A DNA stretch of 64,000 nucleotides from Alphaproteobacteria bacterium (GCA_964291415.2 OZ219917.1:576001-640000), one strand, 5' to 3'; numbered from the stretch's first letter, positions 9,755-21,330 are shown. Notes: generated from the sequence alone by a model not told the origin. Numbers and translations: made by a program.

Positions 9755-11056
9755 ATGACACAGGACACGGACTACCGGGTTGCCGACATCGGTCAGGCAG
9801 CCTGGGGACGCAAGGAAATCGACATCGCCGAAGGTGAAATGCCGGGGCTGATGGCGCTGCGCAGAACCTACGGCGACACCAGGCCCCTGGACGGCGCCCG
9901 CATCACCGGATGTCTCCACATGACCATCCAGACGGCGGTTCTGATCGAGACGTTGTGCCACCTGGGCGCCGAAGTCCGCTGGTCGTCATGCAACATCTTT
10001 TCGACGCAGGACCATGCCGCCGCGGCGATGGCGGAGGCCGGGGTACCGGTCTTCGCCTGGAAGGGAGAAACGGAGGAGGAATACTGGTGGTGCATCGACC
10101 GTACGGTCGAGGGTCCCGACGGCTGGGCACCCAACATGCTGCTCGATGACGGCGGCGACCTGACCAAGGTGATGCATGACAGGTATGCCGGCATGCTCGA
10201 GCACATCCACGGTGTCAGCGAGGAGACGACCACCGGCGTTGCCCGCCTCCACCAGATGGCGTCGGCCGACGAACTCGCGGTGCCTGCATTCGATGTCAAC
10301 AGCTCGGTGACCAAGTCGAAGTTCGACAATGTCTATGGGGCCCGCGAGAGCCTGGTGGACGGCATTCGCCGCGCCACCGATGTCATGCTGGCGGGCAAGG
10401 TCGCCGTGGTGGCCGGCTACGGCGGTGTCGGCAAGGGTTCGGCCCAGTCGCTCCAGGGAGCCGGGGCCCGCGTCGTGGTGACCGAGGTCGATCCGATTTG
10501 CGCCCTCCAGGCGGCCATGGACGGCTTCCAGGTCGTCTCCATGGACGCCGCCGCGCCGGAGGCGGACATCTTCGTGACGGCGACAGGCAACGTCGACGTC
10601 ATCACCATGGACCACATGCGGGCGATGAAGGACCGTGCGATTGTGTGCAATATCGGGCACTTCGACAACGAGATCGATGTCCAGTCGCTGCGCAATCTCC
10701 GGTGGACCAACATCAAGCCCCAGGTTGACGAGATTGCCTTTCCCGATGGCAAGAAGATCATCCTGCTGGCCGAGGGGAGACTGGTCAATCTGGGCTGTGC
10801 CACCGGCCACCCGAGCTTTGTCATGAGCGCCAGTTTCACCAACCAGGTTCTCGCCCAGATCGAATTGTGGACCGAACGCGACAACGGCACCTATGCCGTC
10901 GGAGTCCATGTTCTTCCCAGGCATCTCGACGAACAGGTGGCCAGGCTCCATCTTGACAAGGTGGGGGCGCAGCTGACGACCCTCACCCCGTGTCAGGCGG
11001 ACTACATCGGTGTCGATCAGGCCGGTCCCTTCAAGACTGACGACTACCGATACTGA
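9755..11056 (+). CDS. ahcY: Adenosylhomocysteinase
   Basis: [43 protein letters not shown]; alternative start 9743. Confidence 0.98.
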   Translation: MTQDTDYRVADIGQAAWGRKEIDIAEGEMPGLMALRRTYGDTRPLDGARITGCLHMTIQTAVLIETLCHLGAEVRWSSCNIFSTQDHAAAAMAEAGVPVFAWKGETEEEYWWCIDRTVEGPDGWAPNMLLDDGGDLTKVMHDRYAGMLEHIHGVSEETTTGVARLHQMASADELAVPAFDVNSSVTKSKFDNVYGARESLVDGIRRATDVMLAGKVAVVAGYGGVGKGSAQSLQGAGARVVVTEVDPICALQAAMDGFQVVSMDAAAPEADIFVTATGNVDVITMDHMRAMKDRAIVCNIGHFDNEIDVQSLRNLRWTNIKPQVDEIAFPDGKKIILLAEGRLVNLGCATGHPSFVMSASFTNQVLAQIELWTERDNGTYAVGVHVLPRHLDEQVARLHLDKVGAQLTTLTPCQADYIGVDQAGPFKTDDYRY

Positions 11057-11065
11057 TGGCGCGGC

Positions 11066-12100
11066 TCAGGAACCGGGAACGCCTTTCGTCGTCGAGTACT
11101 CGAAGCGAAGTGGCTTGTCGGGCCACACCAGGGAATGGATGTCATGGGCAGCCATGGCGGCTTCGCTGAATCCGGAGAGAATGAGCTTCAGCTTGCCCGG
11201 ATAGGTGACGATGTCACCGATGGCATGGATGCCGGGGGTCGAGGTGACGCACGTCGCCGGATCGACGCTGATGAGGTTCCTCTCAAGGTTGAGCCCCCAG
11301 CAGGCGATGGGTCCCAGTTCCATCCTGAGGCCGTAGAAGGCCAGAAGAAGATCGGCTTCGAGACTCTTCGTGCGGCCGTCGAGATCGGTCACGATGACTC
11401 TCTCGAGGCGTCCATCGCTCCCCTCGAGTCCGTGAAGCTGCCAGGGTACCACCCGTTCGACGTCGCCGGATTCGACGAGCGCCTCGAAGCGGCGCACCGT
11501 CTCGGGCGCCGCCCGGAAACGGTTGCGGCGGTGCACCACCTGGATGCGCGCGGCGATGCCGTTGAGGGCCAGCACCCAGTCGAGAGCGGAATCGCCGCCG
11601 CCGGCGATCACCACGTTCTTGCCCCGGTGGTCTTCCTTGCGCGTCACGAGATAGGCGACGGATCCCTTTTCCTCGAAGGCCTCGATACCGGCAATCGGTG
11701 GCCGGTTGGGCCCGAAGGCGCCGCATCCGGCGGCGATGATGACAGCCTTGCAGGCGATGACCGTGCCGGTGGACGTCGTGACGGTGAACGCGCCGGCCTC
11801 GCCAGCGAGACGGACAACCTGCTGATCGAGGTGGTACACCGGCGAGAAGGGGGCCGCCTGGCGTTCGAGACGGTCGATCAGGCCCCGGGCCTCGACCACG
11901 GGGAGGGCCGGGATGTCGTAGATCGGCTTTTCCGGATAGAGCGCGGTGCACTGGCCGCCGATGGCATCGAGGGTGTCGACCACGTGGCACTGCATGTCGA
12001 GCATGCCCGCCTCGAACACCTGGAAGAGCCCTACGGGTCCGGCTCCGACAATGACAATGTCGGTCTCGTGCGATGTGTGCATGGCCGGTATCCTGTCCAC
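11066..12100 (-). CDS. Ferredoxin-NADP+ reductase (thioredoxin-reductase-like)
   Basis: GAGPVGLF, GGQCTALYPEKPIYDIP, GGGDSALDW, TYPGKLKLILSGF. Confidence 0.92.
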   Translation of the reverse strand: MDRIPAMHTSHETDIVIVGAGPVGLFQVFEAGMLDMQCHVVDTLDAIGGQCTALYPEKPIYDIPALPVVEARGLIDRLERQAAPFSPVYHLDQQVVRLAGEAGAFTVTTSTGTVIACKAVIIAAGCGAFGPNRPPIAGIEAFEEKGSVAYLVTRKEDHRGKNVVIAGGGDSALDWVLALNGIAARIQVVHRRNRFRAAPETVRRFEALVESGDVERVVPWQLHGLEGSDGRLERVIVTDLDGRTKSLEADLLLAFYGLRMELGPIACWGLNLERNLISVDPATCVTSTPGIHAIGDIVTYPGKLKLILSGFSEAAMAAHDIHSLVWPDKPLRFEYSTTKGVPGS

Positions 12101-12159
12101 GGGTCTCTTAAGGCTTACCCGAAGGCGGCTGGCGGGAACAACCCGGCAGGGGATTCTCC

Positions 12160-13146
12160 ATGAGCGCCGTGCGAGAGAACGAGATCAGGGAGTTCCTGCA
12201 ACGCTGCGGCTGGGGCGATGCCCGGCGCTGTCCAATTCCCGGAGATGCCTCCTTCCGCCGCTACCAGCGGCTCGAGGGGGCGAGGGGCCGGGCCGTGCTC
12301 ATGGATGCGTCGCCCGATGTCGAGGATGTCAGGCCCTTTGTGCGTATGGCCCGCCACCTCGTCGCTGTCGGCCTTTCTGCCCCGGCCATCCTGGCAGGCG
12401 ACGTCACGAGGGGTTTCCTTCTCCTCGAGGATCTTGGCGATGATCTCTACAATCGCATTCTCGACAAGGGCGCCGACGAAGGACTTCTCTATCGTGCCGC
12501 CGTGGAGGCCCTGGTCGAGCTCCACAGGACGCCGATTCCCGAGGACCTTCCTTCCTACAGCGACGATCTCTTTCTCTTCGAGGTCTCGCTCGTGACCGAC
12601 TGGTTCATGCCGCTTGCCGGTCTCGAGATCAGCCGCGCCGGTCGCGACGACTTCCTCGACCTGTGGCGCGATCTGTTGCCGCTGGCGCGCCGGGTGCCCG
12701 CGTGCGTGGTCTTGAGGGACTATCACGCCGACAACCTCCTGTGGCTGCCGGCGCGTGACGGCGTGGCACGGGTGGGCCAGCTCGATTTCCAGGATGCGGT
12801 TGCCGGTCCGGTGACCTACGACATCGTCTCGCTGCTCGAGGACGTCAGGAGGAGCGTCTCCCCGGAGACCGTGGAGATGTGCAGGGCCCGTTACCTCGAC
12901 CTGATGCCGCATATCGAGCCTGAGGCCTTCGCCACATCCGCGACGATCATGACGGCCCAGCGCAATCTGAAGATCGCCGGCATCTTCAGCCGCCTGCTGG
13001 GACGCGACGGCAAGGCGGCCTACCAGCAATTCATGCCGAGGACCTGGGCGCTTGTCACCGACAGCCTCGCCAGCCGCCACCTGGCGCCGCTGGCCGCATG
13101 GCTCGATCGCTGGATTCCACCGCAGGCGCGGCGAGCCGTGACATGA
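12160..13146 (+). CDS. amgK: Anomeric MurNAc/GlcNAc kinase (APH family)
   Basis: GDASFRRY, LLLEDLGD, RDYHADNL, LDFQDA; coupled to murU. Confidence 0.88.
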   Translation: MSAVRENEIREFLQRCGWGDARRCPIPGDASFRRYQRLEGARGRAVLMDASPDVEDVRPFVRMARHLVAVGLSAPAILAGDVTRGFLLLEDLGDDLYNRILDKGADEGLLYRAAVEALVELHRTPIPEDLPSYSDDLFLFEVSLVTDWFMPLAGLEISRAGRDDFLDLWRDLLPLARRVPACVVLRDYHADNLLWLPARDGVARVGQLDFQDAVAGPVTYDIVSLLEDVRRSVSPETVEMCRARYLDLMPHIEPEAFATSATIMTAQRNLKIAGIFSRLLGRDGKAAYQQFMPRTWALVTDSLASRHLAPLAAWLDRWIPPQARRAVT

Positions 13147-13874
13147 CGGCCCCGAAACGCGCCATGATCCTGGCCGCGGGGCGGGGGGAGCGCATGCGGC
13201 CGCTGACCGATCGCATGCCCAAGCCCGTCATTCCCGTCGCCGGACGTTCCGCTCTTGACCGCATGCTGGACAGGCTTGCCGGCTTTGAGCGTGTGGTGGT
13301 CAACGCCTGTCATCTTGCGGAAAAAATCGAGGTGGCAGTGGCCGCTCGGCGCGACCCACCGGTGATCGTGGTGCGCGAGGAGCGGGTTCTCGGCACCGGT
13401 GGCGGGGTGGCGAACGCCCTTGGACTCCTCGGTGAAGAGCCCTTTCTCGTCGCCAACGGCGATGTCTTTCTCACCGAATCGCCCGGCCAGGCGGTCCTGG
13501 AGACCCTGGTCGGGGCATGGGATGGCGACAGCACGGACGCCCTGCTGCTGCTGGTGGAAAGGGAGCGAGCCCGGGGATACCGCTATGCGGGAGACTTTTC
13601 CATGACGGGCGGGAACCGTCTTGTCGCACGGGGTGGGCGGGACTCCGCGCCCTTTGTCTACGCCAGCGTGCAGATCGTCCACCCCCGGCTCCTCGAGGGA
13701 GCGCCCGAAGGCGCCTTCTCCTTCACTCTTCTGTGGAACCGGGCCGCCCGGCGCGGCAGGCTCCGAGGCGTGGTGTGGGGTGGCGGCTGGATGACCGTCG
13801 ATACCATCGACAATCTGGCCGCGGCCGGTGACTGGCTTGCCGGACCGGACATGAACCATGAACAGGTGGTTTGA
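13143..13874 (+). CDS. murU: MurNAc-1-phosphate uridylyltransferase
   Basis: AMILAAGRGERMRPLTDRMPKP, LGTGGG; follows amgK. Confidence 0.85.
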   Translation: MTAPKRAMILAAGRGERMRPLTDRMPKPVIPVAGRSALDRMLDRLAGFERVVVNACHLAEKIEVAVAARRDPPVIVVREERVLGTGGGVANALGLLGEEPFLVANGDVFLTESPGQAVLETLVGAWDGDSTDALLLLVERERARGYRYAGDFSMTGGNRLVARGGRDSAPFVYASVQIVHPRLLEGAPEGAFSFTLLWNRAARRGRLRGVVWGGGWMTVDTIDNLAAAGDWLAGPDMNHEQVV

Positions 13875-13967
13875 CCGGTCGGCTTGACGGGCACCGTTGC
13901 GCTTCTAGATTCTTGAAGGGTGCGCCACCACAACACACAACAGGTGCACGTCTCGGAAGGGGAGCCC

Positions 13968-14288
13968 ATGAACATTCGTCACGTCACCGATGATTCTTTC
14001 GAGGAGGACGTTCTCAAGGCGCCCGGGCCCGTTCTGGTCGATTTCTGGGCCGAATGGTGCGGTCCGTGCAAGCAGATCGCGCCGGCGCTCGAGGACGTTG
14101 CCCGGCGTTACCAGGACAAGGTCCAGGTGGTGAAGGTCAACATCGACGAAAATCCGTCCACGCCGTCACGCTACGGTGTGCGCGGCATCCCGACGATCAT
14201 GATGTTCAAGGCCGGAGAGGTGGCAGCAGTCAAGGTGGGAGCGCTGCCGAAGAGCCGGCTCTTCGAGTGGGTCGACAGTTCCATGTGA
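13968..14288 (+). CDS. trxA: Thioredoxin
   Basis: [12 protein letters not shown]. Confidence 0.97.
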   Translation: MNIRHVTDDSFEEDVLKAPGPVLVDFWAEWCGPCKQIAPALEDVARRYQDKVQVVKVNIDENPSTPSRYGVRGIPTIMMFKAGEVAAVKVGALPKSRLFEWVDSSM

Positions 14289-14317
14289 GACGCCGCTTGA
14301 CGCCGGCAGAACGGGCC

Positions 14318-15637
14318 ATGACCGGACATCCGGATGTTCCGGATGCACGGTGGATCGATGTCCTGATTCCCGACATGTGGGGGATCCCCCGTGGCAAGCG
14401 CCTTGCCGCTTCGGCCATGGAGAAGCTCCTGACGACGGGGATCGTGCTTCCCGGGTCCACCTATGCGATGGACATGCAGGGCAACAACGTCGAGAGCACC
14501 GGTTTGGGTTTCGCCGACGGCGATCCCGACTACCCCTGCCATGCTGTCACCGGAACGCTGGCCCCGGTGCCGTGGCTGGGCGCCGATCATGCCCAGGTCA
14601 TGCTGTCGATGAGCGATGCCGCCGACCGGCCCTGGTGGCTCGATCCGCGTCATGTCGTCGAACGCATGGCCACGTCTCTCGAAGCGCTGGGGTACCGGGC
14701 CAGGGTCGCCTTCGAACTGGAGTTCTACCTTGTCGAACGCGACGGTGACGGCACGTTGCATCCGGCGCCACCGCCTGGCAGCAGTAAGCGGCCGTCGCAG
14801 ACCCAGGTCTACCTGATGGAGGATGTCGAGGCCTATGGCCCGGTCCTCGACGACATGGTGACGACATGCCGCAGGCAGAACATTCCGGCTGACGTCATCA
14901 CCATGGAGTATGCGCCGGCACAGTTCGAGATCAACCTGCACTACGGCGACGATCCCGTGACCGCCTGCGATCACGCCTTCCTGATGAAGCGCGCCATCAA
15001 GGCCGTCGCCAGGTCGCACGGCATGACCGCGACATTCATGGCGCGGCCGTTCGAGGGCCTCTCTGCCAGCGGTACGCATGTCCACATCTCGCTCCTCGAC
15101 GACGAGGGGCGCAATGTGTTCGACGACGGCAGCGACGAGGGAAGCGATCTCATGCGTCACGCCGTTGCCGGTCTCGCAAAGACGATGGCCGAGGCGATGC
15201 CGGTCTGGGCGCCCGGAGCCAACTCCTACAGGCGCCTGGCGCCGGGCGGCTGGGTGTCGCTGGCGGCAAGCTGGGGCTACAACAACCGCGACGTATCCCT
15301 GCGCATCCCCGGCGGCCTGGCCTCGGGTCGCAGGATCGAACACCGCACCGCCGGCGCCGATGCCAACCCCTACCTCGTCCTGGCGGCGATCCTTGCCGGT
15401 TTGCACCACGGCCTCTCGAACCGGCTGGATCCGGGTCCGCCGGCCGGCGATGACGCAGCCGCCCTGCCGGTGTTCTGGCTCGATGCTCTTCGTTCCTTCG
15501 ATCAGGCCGACGTTCTTCCCGGGTACTTCACGCGAGAGTGGTGGCGGGTCTACAGCGCCCTGGCATGGTCGGAGTTCCACACCTTCAACGGCCACGTCAC
15601 GACGCTGGAACACGACCGCTTCCTCACCCTTGTGTGA
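14318..15637 (+). CDS. Glutamine synthetase-family gamma-glutamyl ligase (PuuA-like)
   Basis: PRGKR, FELEFYL, EYAPAQFEINL, ATFMARP, WGYNNR, RIEHRTAGADANPYL. Confidence 0.88.
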   Translation: MTGHPDVPDARWIDVLIPDMWGIPRGKRLAASAMEKLLTTGIVLPGSTYAMDMQGNNVESTGLGFADGDPDYPCHAVTGTLAPVPWLGADHAQVMLSMSDAADRPWWLDPRHVVERMATSLEALGYRARVAFELEFYLVERDGDGTLHPAPPPGSSKRPSQTQVYLMEDVEAYGPVLDDMVTTCRRQNIPADVITMEYAPAQFEINLHYGDDPVTACDHAFLMKRAIKAVARSHGMTATFMARPFEGLSASGTHVHISLLDDEGRNVFDDGSDEGSDLMRHAVAGLAKTMAEAMPVWAPGANSYRRLAPGGWVSLAASWGYNNRDVSLRIPGGLASGRRIEHRTAGADANPYLVLAAILAGLHHGLSNRLDPGPPAGDDAAALPVFWLDALRSFDQADVLPGYFTREWWRVYSALAWSEFHTFNGHVTTLEHDRFLTLV

Positions 15638-15646
15638 CCCCTCCGG

Positions 15647-16951
15647 TCAGCCGTTGGCCTCGAGAACCCGTCCGGCGAGGTAGAGGGATCCGCAGATCAG
15701 AACCCGTGACCGTTCGCCCCGAGGGTCGGCAAGGTGGGAGATGGCCTGCCGGACGTCGGCCGCGACCGCGGCTGACACGCCTTCCGTCTCGAGAACGGCG
15801 CGGGTCGCGTCGGCGTCAAGGGTGTTCCGTTCTCCCGGGATGGAGACGGCGACAGCGCGCCGGATGAGGGGCGCCAGGGGGCGGATGAACCCCGCCGGGT
15901 CCTTCGTGTTCATCATGCCGATGATCACGTCGAGCGGACGGTCGCACCAGGTGCGCGCCATGTCGGCGAGGACGGAACCGGCCGCCGGATTGTGGCCACC
16001 GTCGAGCCACAGTTCCTGCCCATCGCCCAGTCGGTCGACCAGGTGTCCCGATTCCAGGCGCTGCAGACGCGCCGGCCATCGGGCCTGCAGCATGCCCGCT
16101 GCGAGAGCCTCCTGATCAGGTGCCAGGCGGCCGGTGAGGCCAAGGGCGACGACGGCGGTTGCCGCGTTGGCCAGCTGATGCCGGCCGGCCAGCGCCGGTG
16201 CCGGCAGGACGAACCGCCTTCCCCCGGATCGCGCCACCTCGAAGCGGCCTCGGGATTCTCCGCGAAAGGTGAAATCGCGGCCCGCCACGACGGCCGGGGC
16301 ACCCATCGCGGCGGCCCTCCCGACAAGGACCTTCATGGCTTCATCGTCCTGGGGAGCGATGACGACGGGAACGCCGCTCTTGATGATTCCCGCCTTTTCG
16401 CCGGCGATGGCGGCAAGCGTGTTGCCGAGAAACTGCTGGTGATCCAGCGACACCGGCGTGATCACCGAGACCAGAGGCTTGTCGATGACGTTGGTGGCAT
16501 CGAGTCTGCCGCCGAGTCCGGTCTCGAGAAGAACGATATCCGCCGGTTCCCGGGCAAACCCCAGGTAGGCGGCGGCCGTGGTGATCTCGAAGAAGGTGAT
16601 CGGCTCGTTGCGGTTGGCAACCTCGCATTCCTCGAGCAGGGCCATGAGTCGATCCTCCTCGATCACCTGCCCGGCAATCTCGATTCGCTCGTGGAAACGC
16701 ACGAGGTGAGGGGATGTGTAGACGTGGACCGTGTGCCCGGCCGCCATGAGTGCCGCCCGCATGTAGGCGATGACCGATCCCTTGCCGTTGGTGCCGGCCA
16801 CATGGACGACGGGGGGCAGATGACGATGCGGCTGGCCGAGGTGTTCGAGAAGTCGGTGGAGGCGGTCGAGTGAAAGGTCGATGAGCTTTGGATGAAGCTG
16901 CATCAACCTTTCGAGAACGACATCACTTCCCGCCTGGGTGCTGTTCGGCAT
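15647..16951 (-). CDS. folC: Dihydrofolate/folylpolyglutamate synthase
   Basis: HVAGTNGKGS, ETGLGGRLDATN, LDGGHN, CGSLYLAG. Confidence 0.96.
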   Translation of the reverse strand: MPNSTQAGSDVVLERLMQLHPKLIDLSLDRLHRLLEHLGQPHRHLPPVVHVAGTNGKGSVIAYMRAALMAAGHTVHVYTSPHLVRFHERIEIAGQVIEEDRLMALLEECEVANRNEPITFFEITTAAAYLGFAREPADIVLLETGLGGRLDATNVIDKPLVSVITPVSLDHQQFLGNTLAAIAGEKAGIIKSGVPVVIAPQDDEAMKVLVGRAAAMGAPAVVAGRDFTFRGESRGRFEVARSGGRRFVLPAPALAGRHQLANAATAVVALGLTGRLAPDQEALAAGMLQARWPARLQRLESGHLVDRLGDGQELWLDGGHNPAAGSVLADMARTWCDRPLDVIIGMMNTKDPAGFIRPLAPLIRRAVAVSIPGERNTLDADATRAVLETEGVSAAVAADVRQAISHLADPRGERSRVLICGSLYLAGRVLEANG

Positions 16952-17831
16952 CGCTCGCCGCCGGTTGCGGAAGCTGCCGGGATGTCGCCGGCATGAGGTG
17001 ACTGAGCAGGGTGGCGATGGTGTCGCGCATCTTCGGACGTGCCACCACCATGTCGAGCATGCCGTGCTCGAGGAGGTACTCCGAGCGCTGGAATCCGTCC
17101 GGCAGCTCTTCCCGGATGGTCTCGCGGATGACGCGAGCCCCGGCAAATCCGATGATGGCGCCGGGCTCCGCGATGGAGACGTCGCCCAGCATGGCAAAGG
17201 AAGCGGTCACGCCGCCGGTCGTCGGATTGGTGAGTACGCTGATGTAGGGAAGGCCGGCATCCTTGACCTGGGCGATCGCGGTCGTTGTACGCGCCATCTG
17301 CATGAGCGACAGGATGCCTTCCTGCATGCGTGCGCCTCCCGAAGCGGAGAAGATGATGAGGGCGCTGCGCTCGTCAACGGCGAGTCTGGCGGCCTCGACG
17401 ATGGCTTCTCCGAGGCCCATTCCCATGGAGCCGCCCATGAAGTCGAAATTGAAGACGGCGACCACGGCAGGCCGGCCGCCGATCATGCCATGGGCGACGA
17501 CGATGGCTTCGTGATGGCCGGTCTTCCCCTGGGCTTCCTTCAGCCGGTCCGAATAGCGTTTCCGGTCGCGAAATCGCAACGGATCGGAGGCCACGCCGGG
17601 AAGGTCGACGTCGGTCCACGTGCCGTCGTCAAGGATGTGCTGCAGGCGGTCGCGGGGCGCGATGCGCATGTGGTAGCCGCAGCGTGGACAGACATTCCGC
17701 GACTCCTCGAGATCGCGGCCGAACACCATCTGGTCACAGCTCGGACACTTGTCCCACAGCGTCTCCTCGCTCGGTGTCCTGCCGACAAGGTCGCGGATCT
17801 TCGGCAGGGTGAGATTCGACAGCCAGTTCAT
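16923..17831 (-). CDS. accD: Acetyl-CoA carboxylase carboxyltransferase beta
   Basis: Zn finger (KCPSC...VCPRC), [27 protein letters not shown]. Confidence 0.97.
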   Translation of the reverse strand: MNWLSNLTLPKIRDLVGRTPSEETLWDKCPSCDQMVFGRDLEESRNVCPRCGYHMRIAPRDRLQHILDDGTWTDVDLPGVASDPLRFRDRKRYSDRLKEAQGKTGHHEAIVVAHGMIGGRPAVVAVFNFDFMGGSMGMGLGEAIVEAARLAVDERSALIIFSASGGARMQEGILSLMQMARTTTAIAQVKDAGLPYISVLTNPTTGGVTASFAMLGDVSIAEPGAIIGFAGARVIRETIREELPDGFQRSEYLLEHGMLDMVVARPKMRDTIATLLSHLMPATSRQLPQPAASDAEQHPGGK

Positions 17832-18655
17832 GCCCGTGCCTTGCGGACATCATGAGAAATCGCTTCGCACAGCGTCAGGGCGTTGTCGACGCAGGCATCA
17901 GTCCCCCTGCCGTCGTCAAGGCCGTCGGCCACGGCCTGGCAGAACGCCGAGCCGACAACCACCGCGTCTGCGATACGGGCGATGCCGGCCGCCTGTTCGC
18001 CGTTCCTGATGCCAAATCCAACGGCGACAGGCAGGTCCGTGTGGCGACGCAGGCGGTCGACCGCGGAAGCAATGGTCTGGCGGGTTGCCGCATGGGTGCC
18101 GGTGATGCCGGTGATCGAGACGTAGTAGACAAACCCGGAAGCGTGGGCGAGGACACTGGGCAGGCGCTTCGAGTCGGTGGTCGGCGTCGCGAGGCGTATC
18201 CAGTTGAGTCCGGCCTCGACGGCGGGAAGACAGAGTTCCCGGTCTTCCTCGCTCGGCAGATCGACGAGGATGAGGCCGTCAACACCGGCATCGACGGCGT
18301 CCGTGAGGAAGGCATCGTTGCCGTAGGAATGAATAGGGTTGTAGTACCCCATGAGAACGATGGGTGTGTCGTCGTCATGCCGCCGGGCCTGACGCACGAT
18401 GTCGATGGTGCCGGCCAGAGTCATGCCGGCCTTGAGCGCCCGCTGCGAGGAGGCCTGGATAACCGGTCCGTCCGCCATGGGATCGGTGAAGGGCATGCCG
18501 ATCTCGATGATGTCGGCTCCGGCTCCGGGCAGACCGGCGACAAGACGCGCCGAGAAATGCGGATCCGGATCCCCGGCCGTCACGAAGGCGGCCAGTCCGG
18601 CCCGCCGTTGCCTCGCCAGTTCGGCAAAGCGCCTGTCAATGCGTGTGTCGCTCAC
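17828..18655 (-). CDS. trpA: Tryptophan synthase alpha
   Basis: [28 protein letters not shown]; GTG start. Confidence 0.97.
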   Translation of the reverse strand: MSDTRIDRRFAELARQRRAGLAAFVTAGDPDPHFSARLVAGLPGAGADIIEIGMPFTDPMADGPVIQASSQRALKAGMTLAGTIDIVRQARRHDDDTPIVLMGYYNPIHSYGNDAFLTDAVDAGVDGLILVDLPSEEDRELCLPAVEAGLNWIRLATPTTDSKRLPSVLAHASGFVYYVSITGITGTHAATRQTIASAVDRLRRHTDLPVAVGFGIRNGEQAAGIARIADAVVVGSAFCQAVADGLDDGRGTDACVDNALTLCEAISHDVRKARA

Positions 18656-19860
18656 AGGTTTACGCCCAGAGCCCGGGCGACGGTGAACACGTCCTTGTCG
18701 CCCCTGCCGCACATGTTCATGCAGATGACATGATCGCTGGGGAGCGCTGGCGCGATCTTCATGACATGGGCCAGCGCATGGGCAGGTTCGAGAGCCGGGA
18801 TGATTCCCTCGAGGCGGGAACACAGGCGGAAGGCCTCGAGAGCCTCATCGTCCGTGGCCGACACGTAGCTCACCCGTCCCTGGTCCGCCAGCCACGCGTG
18901 CTCGGGGCCGATTCCCGGGTAGTCAAGGCCCGCCGAGATCGAGTGGGCCTCGATGATCTGTCCGTCATCGTCCTGCAGGAGGTAGGTCCGGTTGCCGTGC
19001 AGGACACCCGGCCGGCCGCCGGTGATCGATGCCGCGTGCTCGCCGCTGTCGATGCCACGTCCGGCAGCCTCAACGCCGATGATTTCGACGGTCCGGTCAT
19101 CGAGAAACGGATGAAACAGGCCCATGGCGTTCGATCCGCCGCCGATGCAGGCGACAACCGTGTCGGGCAGGCGCCCTTCGACGGCCATCAACTGCTCCTT
19201 CGCCTCGCGACCGATAATCGCCTGGAATTCGCGCACGAGTTCCGGGTAGGGGTGAGGGCCGGCCACGGTGCCGATGATGTAGAAGGTCGACTCGACGTTG
19301 GTCACCCAGTCGCGCAAGGCCTCGTTGAGGGCGTCCTTGAGGCTGCGGGAACCGGACGTCACATGGCGGACCTCGGCGCCAAGAAGCTCCATGCGGTAGA
19401 CATTGGGTGCCTGTCGCTCGACATCCTTGGTCCCCATGTAGACGACGCAGGGAAGGTCGTAGCGGGCGCACACCGTTGCCGTCGCCACGCCGTGCTGGCC
19501 CGCTCCGGTTTCGGCGATGATCCGGGTCTTGCCCATGCGCCGGGCCAGGAGAATCTGGCCCACCGTGTTGTTGATCTTGTGGGAACCGGTGTGATTGAGT
19601 TCGTCGCGCTTGAAGTAGATGCGGGCGCCGCCAAGGTGCCGGGTCAGCCGTTCGGCGAAGTAGAGCGGGCTGGGCCGGCCGATGTAGTCCTTTCCCAGGC
19701 CGTGGAACTCCTCCCAGAACGCCGGGTCGCCGCGTGCCTCCTGCCAGGTACGGTCCAGGTCCAGAACGAGCGGCATCAGCGTTTCGGCGACATAGCGTCC
19801 GCCGTACATGCCGAAGTGACCGTCCTGGTCCGGACCCTGGCTGTATGAATTGTCCGTCAT
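18652..19860 (-). CDS. trpB: Tryptophan synthase beta
   Basis: [37 protein letters not shown]. Confidence 0.98.
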   Translation of the reverse strand: MTDNSYSQGPDQDGHFGMYGGRYVAETLMPLVLDLDRTWQEARGDPAFWEEFHGLGKDYIGRPSPLYFAERLTRHLGGARIYFKRDELNHTGSHKINNTVGQILLARRMGKTRIIAETGAGQHGVATATVCARYDLPCVVYMGTKDVERQAPNVYRMELLGAEVRHVTSGSRSLKDALNEALRDWVTNVESTFYIIGTVAGPHPYPELVREFQAIIGREAKEQLMAVEGRLPDTVVACIGGGSNAMGLFHPFLDDRTVEIIGVEAAGRGIDSGEHAASITGGRPGVLHGNRTYLLQDDDGQIIEAHSISAGLDYPGIGPEHAWLADQGRVSYVSATDDEALEAFRLCSRLEGIIPALEPAHALAHVMKIAPALPSDHVICMNMCGRGDKDVFTVARALGVNL

Positions 19861-19899
19861 CGTTGGTCTCATCCGGGGGCGAACCCGGCACAATGGATA

Positions 19900-20541
19900 T
19901 CAGATAACCCGGGCCTGCTCCATAAACTCGGCGATGCGCGAGGCAGACTTGTGTCCGGGCGACGTCTCGACGCCCGACGATACGTCGACCAAGGTTGCCC
20001 CGCTGGTCTCCACGGCCCGGTGAAGGTTGCCGGCGTCGAGACCACCCGAGAGGATCCACGGCGACCGCAGCCGGATGCCGGCCAGCAGTGTCCAGTCGAA
20101 GGCGGTCGCGTTGCCTCCCGGACGCGTCGCGTCCCGGGGCGGCATGGCGTCGAACATGACCATGTCGGCCGCGGCGTCAAAGGACGGCAGGGATCCCAGG
20201 TCGTCGGCCGTCGCCACGCGAATGACCTTCATCACCCGGACACCGAATTGCGTGCGCACCTGGGCGAGTCGCCGGGCATCTTCGCTGCCGTGAAACTGGA
20301 TGGTATCCAGTTCAGCTGCCGTGATCGCGGCGCCGAGCCCGTCGTCACCGGCATCGACAGTGACGCCGACCTTCTCGATCCCTTCGGGCACCAGGCGTGC
20401 CAGGGCGGCGACGTCGTCGAGGGACACGTTTCGCGGGCTCCTGTCGAAGAAGACGAATCCGACCATGCGCGCGCCGTGGCGCACGGCCGCATCGAGGGCG
20501 GGCCGCTCCCTCAGGCCACAGATCTTGACACCGACGGCCAC
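19900..20541 (-). CDS. trpF: Phosphoribosylanthranilate isomerase
   Basis: VKICGL, IQFHGSE, LSGGL, VDVSSGVE. Confidence 0.95.
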   Translation of the reverse strand: MAVGVKICGLRERPALDAAVRHGARMVGFVFFDRSPRNVSLDDVAALARLVPEGIEKVGVTVDAGDDGLGAAITAAELDTIQFHGSEDARRLAQVRTQFGVRVMKVIRVATADDLGSLPSFDAAADMVMFDAMPPRDATRPGGNATAFDWTLLAGIRLRSPWILSGGLDAGNLHRAVETSGATLVDVSSGVETSPGHKSASRIAEFMEQARVI

Positions 20542-20543
20542 GG

Positions 20544-21257
20544 TCAGGCCCGGCTCATGTCGGCGACGATTCGTGCCGCGGCCGCAGCCGGGTCCGGGGC
20601 CCGGGTGATCGGGCGCCCGACGACAATGAAGGAAGCGCCGGCGGTCATGGCGTCCCCGGGAGACATGGTGCGCTTCTGGTCGTCGCAACCGTCACCTCCA
20701 GGGCGGATGCCGGGAGTGACGACAAGGAACCCGGGTCCGCAAAGATGGCGCACCTCGGCGACTTCACGGGGTGAGCACACCACGCCATCGACACCGGCGT
20801 CGATGGCAAGTTCGGTGAGACGCAACACCTGGTCACGCACGCTGCCGCGCCCGCCGGTCGCTTCGACGTCGCCATCATCCATGCTGGTGAGCACGGTGAC
20901 GGCCAGTACGTTCGGCCGTGCGTCTCCTGCCGGCGCCACGGCGTCCATGGCGGCCCGCATCATGTCCGGCCCGCCGGTTGCGTGAACTGTCGTCATGAAG
21001 GGAGCGAGGGGCAGGAGGGCGCGCAACCCTCCGGCCACGGTTGCCGGGATGTCGTTCAGCTTGAGATCAAGAAAGATCCGGCTCTCGTCGCCGGCGACCG
21101 TCCGGACGCCCGCCACGCCGTGGGCATAGAAGAACTCCATGCCGAACTTGAAGGCCCCGACATGACCCTCCAGACGGGAGACCAGGGATGACGCCCTTTC
21201 GGCGCATGTGGTGTCGATGGCACAGACGAGGTGCTTCCTGGGGTCAGGCGTTTCCAT
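20544..21257 (-). CDS. pyrF: Orotidine-5'-phosphate decarboxylase
   Basis: FLDLKLNDIPATV, AVTVLTS, VTPGIRP, VVGRPIT. Confidence 0.96.
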   Translation of the reverse strand: METPDPRKHLVCAIDTTCAERASSLVSRLEGHVGAFKFGMEFFYAHGVAGVRTVAGDESRIFLDLKLNDIPATVAGGLRALLPLAPFMTTVHATGGPDMMRAAMDAVAPAGDARPNVLAVTVLTSMDDGDVEATGGRGSVRDQVLRLTELAIDAGVDGVVCSPREVAEVRHLCGPGFLVVTPGIRPGGDGCDDQKRTMSPGDAMTAGASFIVVGRPITRAPDPAAAAARIVADMSRA

Positions 21258-21330
21258 GTTGCCCTCCGTCCAATTGTCGAGGGGCGAGCGTCTTGTAGGA
21301 CGCACGGGACAACGGCGCAAGATGGTCCCG

